IMG/VR virus record: IMGVR_UViG_3300020045_004814 | Coordinates: 1-39,456 of that record | Length of the DNA: 39,456 bases | Reading direction: 5' to 3' (one strand) | Source: a virus | Lineage: Duplodnaviria; Caudoviricetes | Part shown: piece by piece, positions 37,419 through 39,456 of the stretch | Position numbering within the stretch: the stretch's first letter is position 1 | How the letters are laid out: each line of letters starts with the position of its first letter | Notes under the pieces: generated by a model | The model's database searches: none | What the model was told of the DNA's origin: nothing | Seen by the model: the letters and a program-made list of their open reading frames with translations, nothing else | Position numbers and translations under genes: made by a program

Positions 37419-37683
37419 TTAGCAAGTCGTTTAGTTCGTTAATACATCTATCTAAAATTCTTAATTCAACTGATTTGTTAATGTTTAAAAAATTAGATTT
37501 TTCTACTAATTCTTTTTTCTCGTTTAATTCTTTCAAACGAGATTCGATTTTTTCTATAATACTTTTCATTTTTATATTTTTTAATTGTTTTTTAAATTTT
37601 AATTCTTCATCACATTCTACTCCAAAATTCTCATAACTACAACCTATGTGTGTATTACATATTTTGCAAAAAAAACGAGGCAT
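37405..37683 (-). CDS. Small hypothetical cassette protein (start at 37683 MPRFF or 37569 MKSII)
   Basis: The ORF-track start at 37788 lies outside the cassette boundary and overlaps another gene. Confidence 0.5.
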   Translation of the reverse strand: MPRFFCKICNTHIGCSYENFGVECDEELKFKKQLKNIKMKSIIEKIESRLKELNEKKELVEKSNFLNINKSVELRILDRCINELNDLLNDKS

Positions 37684-37927
37684 AACAATCGCCACTATCT
37701 TGATAATTTTTACTATATAAATGACCGCTTCCTTCATCACTATGCTGATTGCAACAAGCAACTTCGCAATAATCTGAATCATTAGCACAATTATCTATTG
37801 CCTGTTGAGTTGCGTATAACAAATCGCAATCCATACCAGCTAAAAAAATATTATGTTTATGTGCGTTTTTTAGTGCTGAGTTTAATCGCCTGATTGCTTT
37901 TTCTTGTTCTTTTGTTATTGCTTCCAT
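37655..37927 (-). CDS. Hypothetical cassette protein, probably with a chimeric C-terminus
   Basis: ATG 5 nt from the cassette end motif; the frame reads through the next cassette boundary at 37686. Confidence 0.6.
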   Translation of the reverse strand: MEAITKEQEKAIRRLNSALKNAHKHNIFLAGMDCDLLYATQQAIDNCANDSDYCEVACCNQHSDEGSGHLYSKNYQDSGDCYASFFLQNM

Positions 37928-37941
37928 AATTTAACTACTGC

Positions 37942-38069
37942 TAACAGCAATTACACGCTATTGCTACATTGTGATTAATTTATTTTTGGTTTTGTACCTT
38001 TCAATTCCGTGTTAAACTGAAAGGTATTTTTATGTTTTTACGTAACAGACGTGTAGTTGCAAAACGTTA
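37942..38069 (+). repeat. attC-like site B (128 bp imperfect palindrome)
   Basis: TAAC-A-GCAATTACACG-CTATTGC ... GTAACAG-A-CGTGTAGTTGC-AAAAC-GTTA; inner TACCTTTCA/TGAAAGGTA stem. Confidence 0.8.
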
Positions 38070-38426
38070 TCACTCAGCTTCGTTGGAGTACATATCAAAA
38101 AGTACTTCCGAAGAAATAACTTCTGAATTTTTGTTTATCCATTTATTTTTATCTAACAATCCCCATCCGTTCAATTGTGTCCATTCCGCAAATGCTATTG
38201 GAGTTGTTTTATCTTTTTTTGCAAAACTTTCAGCATATTCCATTAAATTTAAAAGCAATTGATTATCTACTATTTGATAATTAGCAAATACTTTCAAATC
38301 TTGAATATACATTTCGCCACCAATACATAGATTTTCCTCAATAAGTCTTTTATGTATTTCAAATTTCTTTTTATTTTCCATCGCTTTTGCGATAAATTGC
38401 TCTTTTTTCAATTCTTTTTCGTCCAT
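38070..38426 (-). CDS. Hypothetical cassette protein (probable start MDEKEL)
   Basis: Exactly fills the space between the two attC-like sites; TGA stop is part of the TGATAAC end motif. Confidence 0.7.
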   Translation of the reverse strand: MDEKELKKEQFIAKAMENKKKFEIHKRLIEENLCIGGEMYIQDLKVFANYQIVDNQLLLNLMEYAESFAKKDKTTPIAFAEWTQLNGWGLLDKNKWINKNSEVISSEVLFDMYSNEAE

Positions 38427-38453
38427 ATCGTTGTGAATAAAAAGCCGAAGTGA

Positions 38454-38580
38454 TAACATACGCTAACCGCTATTCAGGCTTTAGGTTAAATTTAATTACT
38501 GTTTTGTGTCTGTAAGATTTGTAATAATCCGAAAGTTCAGTCCTTACTTTTCCTGAACATCGGTTAGCGTCCGTCCGTTA
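38454..38580 (+). repeat. attC-like site A (127 bp imperfect palindrome)
   Basis: TAAC-AT-ACGCTAACCG-CTA-TTCAGG ... CCTGAA-CAT-CGGTTAGCGT-CCGTCC-GTTA. Confidence 0.8.
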
Positions 38581-38886
38581 ATAAAAATCACTTCTTTTAA
38601 CTCCGTTGTAATCGTATAAATCTGAAATAGTTTCTGAAAACGTTTCTACTTCTCTGTAAGGCGTTTCGTTTAATATAGTCCACATTCTTTTTGATTGCTC
38701 GTCTGTAGGTTTGATCGAAACCCAAATCCCATTATGAAAGTAAACAAATTCCTCAACATGGTTTTTACCGTTTCCATCTTTGTAAAAATCAACAGATACT
38801 TTTTTATTGCTAAATCTGTAGTTCCATTCTATATCTGACTGGTATTCCAATACAGCGTTTTCTATTGCTTCGGATAGTAGTTTCAT
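38578..38886 (-). CDS. Early hypothetical protein
   Basis: Ends DLYDYNGVKRSDFY; its TAA stop is the GTTA core of site A. Confidence 0.75.
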   Translation of the reverse strand: MKLLSEAIENAVLEYQSDIEWNYRFSNKKVSVDFYKDGNGKNHVEEFVYFHNGIWVSIKPTDEQSKRMWTILNETPYREVETFSETISDLYDYNGVKRSDFY

Positions 38887-39086
38887 AATCTTGGTTTATA
38901 ATCAATTTTTGTTTCTATTTCTGCTCCAATAATTTTACCTAAATCATAAGTTAAATCTGTAAGCAATGATAATAATTCTTTGATTTCAGATTCTGAATCA
39001 TTGAATATTGTTTCTGTAACAATACCGTCCGCACTTGATACTCTGATTTCGATAAAATCTCTTGTTTGACGTGTCTTTATAAACAT
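38883..39086 (-). CDS. Early hypothetical protein
   Basis: ATGA-coupled ORF. Confidence 0.65.
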   Translation of the reverse strand: MFIKTRQTRDFIEIRVSSADGIVTETIFNDSESEIKELLSLLTDLTYDLGKIIGAEIETKIDYKPRL

Positions 39087-39088
39087 AA

Positions 39089-39271
39089 CTACTTACTTTT
39101 TAAAGCTTCATCTGCACATTTTGTAAGTGATTCTGATTGAAGCTTGTTGATAATATCATTACATTTTTGTTTGATTTCGTCGTGTATGTCTTTTGGAACT
39201 ACACGGTCAATCCTTAATTTTACCGTTTCCTGATTTGGGAATTTAGGTAATACTCCCGGTTTTTTTTTCAT
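39089..39271 (-). CDS. Small basic protein, possibly RHH-like DNA binder
   Basis: KKPG..PKF...TVKLRI..VP...HDEIK pattern. Confidence 0.55.
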   Translation of the reverse strand: MKKKPGVLPKFPNQETVKLRIDRVVPKDIHDEIKQKCNDIINKLQSESLTKCADEALKSK

Positions 39272-39273
39272 AT

Positions 39274-39441
39274 TTATAAATCTGAATAATTGATATTTGA
39301 ATCTGAACTTCTTAAAGTAATCTTACTTGTTGAATATCTAAACTTTGTCGTAATAGTTCTTTTAGTAATTTTTAGAATCATACCCTCACCCTTTGTTGGA
39401 GAATTAATAATCATACCCTCTTCTAAATCAGTTATTTTCAT
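39274..39441 (-). CDS. Small hypothetical protein (55 aa, MKITDLEEGMIINSPTKGEGMILKIT...), first early gene
   Basis: Hand-translated; its 5' part is duplicated at 1-106, behind the promoter at 137-144. Confidence 0.65.
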   Translation of the reverse strand: MKITDLEEGMIINSPTKGEGMILKITKRTITTKFRYSTSKITLRSSDSNINYSDL

Positions 39442-39456
39442 AATTTCTATTTTTTA
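39336..39456. repeat. Direct terminal repeat copy 2
   Basis: Identical to 1-121. Confidence 0.95.

Larger units (their letters stand above)
36524..38580 (+). mobile_element. Integron-like gene-cassette array without integrase (three cassettes, two intact attC-like sites)
   Basis: Two TAAC...GTTA imperfect palindromes (37942-38069, 38454-38580); cassette-specific complementary ends 36524-36538/37672-37686 and 38066-38078/38444-38457. Confidence 0.72.
1..39456 (-). mobile_element. Complete siphovirus-like dsDNA phage genome, probable Bacteroidota/Flavobacterium host
   Basis: Terminase, portal, protease, capsid, tail, tape measure, lysin and replication genes are all present on one strand; ends overlap by 121 bp; TAnnTTTG promoter boxes recur; no host genes seen. 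Confidence 0.93.

Noticed and set aside
521-38262. All plus-strand ORFs in the track (e.g. 555-815, 12773-13213, 19811-20137, 33753-34157, 38032-38262)
   Set aside because: They are antisense shadows of well-supported minus-strand genes, with no recognisable motifs.
38427-38459. Called start MLSLRLF of the 38070 ORF
   Set aside because: It lies within the attC-like boundary; the ATG at 38426 with an A-rich leader is more plausible.
37942-38580. Reading the palindromes as a CRISPR array or simple terminators
   Set aside because: There are no identical direct repeats with spacers; the stems are ~127 bp end-to-end with no poly-T tail, and the flanking units have matching complementary ends.
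1-39456. tRNA genes or stop-codon reassignment
   Set aside because: No cloverleaf was recognised, and core genes are intact under the standard code; the single in-frame TAA near 925 accompanies a frameshift.

Overview
The window is an apparently complete, circularly assembled AT-rich tailed phage genome of about 39.3 kb (positions 1-121 are repeated exactly at 39336-39456). It most likely infects a Bacteroidota (Flavobacterium-like) host, judged from the recurring TAnnTTTG promoter box and Bacteroidota-type SSB and primase families. All credible genes lie on the minus strand. In transcription order these are early genes, a helicase-methyltransferase fusion, recombination/replication genes, a probable origin, terminase, portal, protease, HK97-type capsid, siphovirus-like tail genes, a lysis region and a block of small accessory genes. 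No integrase or obvious repressor is visible. The most striking signal is a 2.06 kb integron-like gene-cassette array at 36524-38580. It has two intact ~127 bp TAAC...GTTA attC-like palindromes and cassette-specific complementary ends. Its cargo genes run antisense to the apparent array direction, and the phage encodes no recombinase for it. Also notable are two sequence-unrelated but structurally matching kissing-loop leader RNAs (30121-30239, 34715-34836), a candidate small RNA complementary to the translation start of a phage outer-membrane-protein gene, and a 7x7 bp repeat in a 5' UTR. Protein family calls are from motif recognition only; no searches were run.
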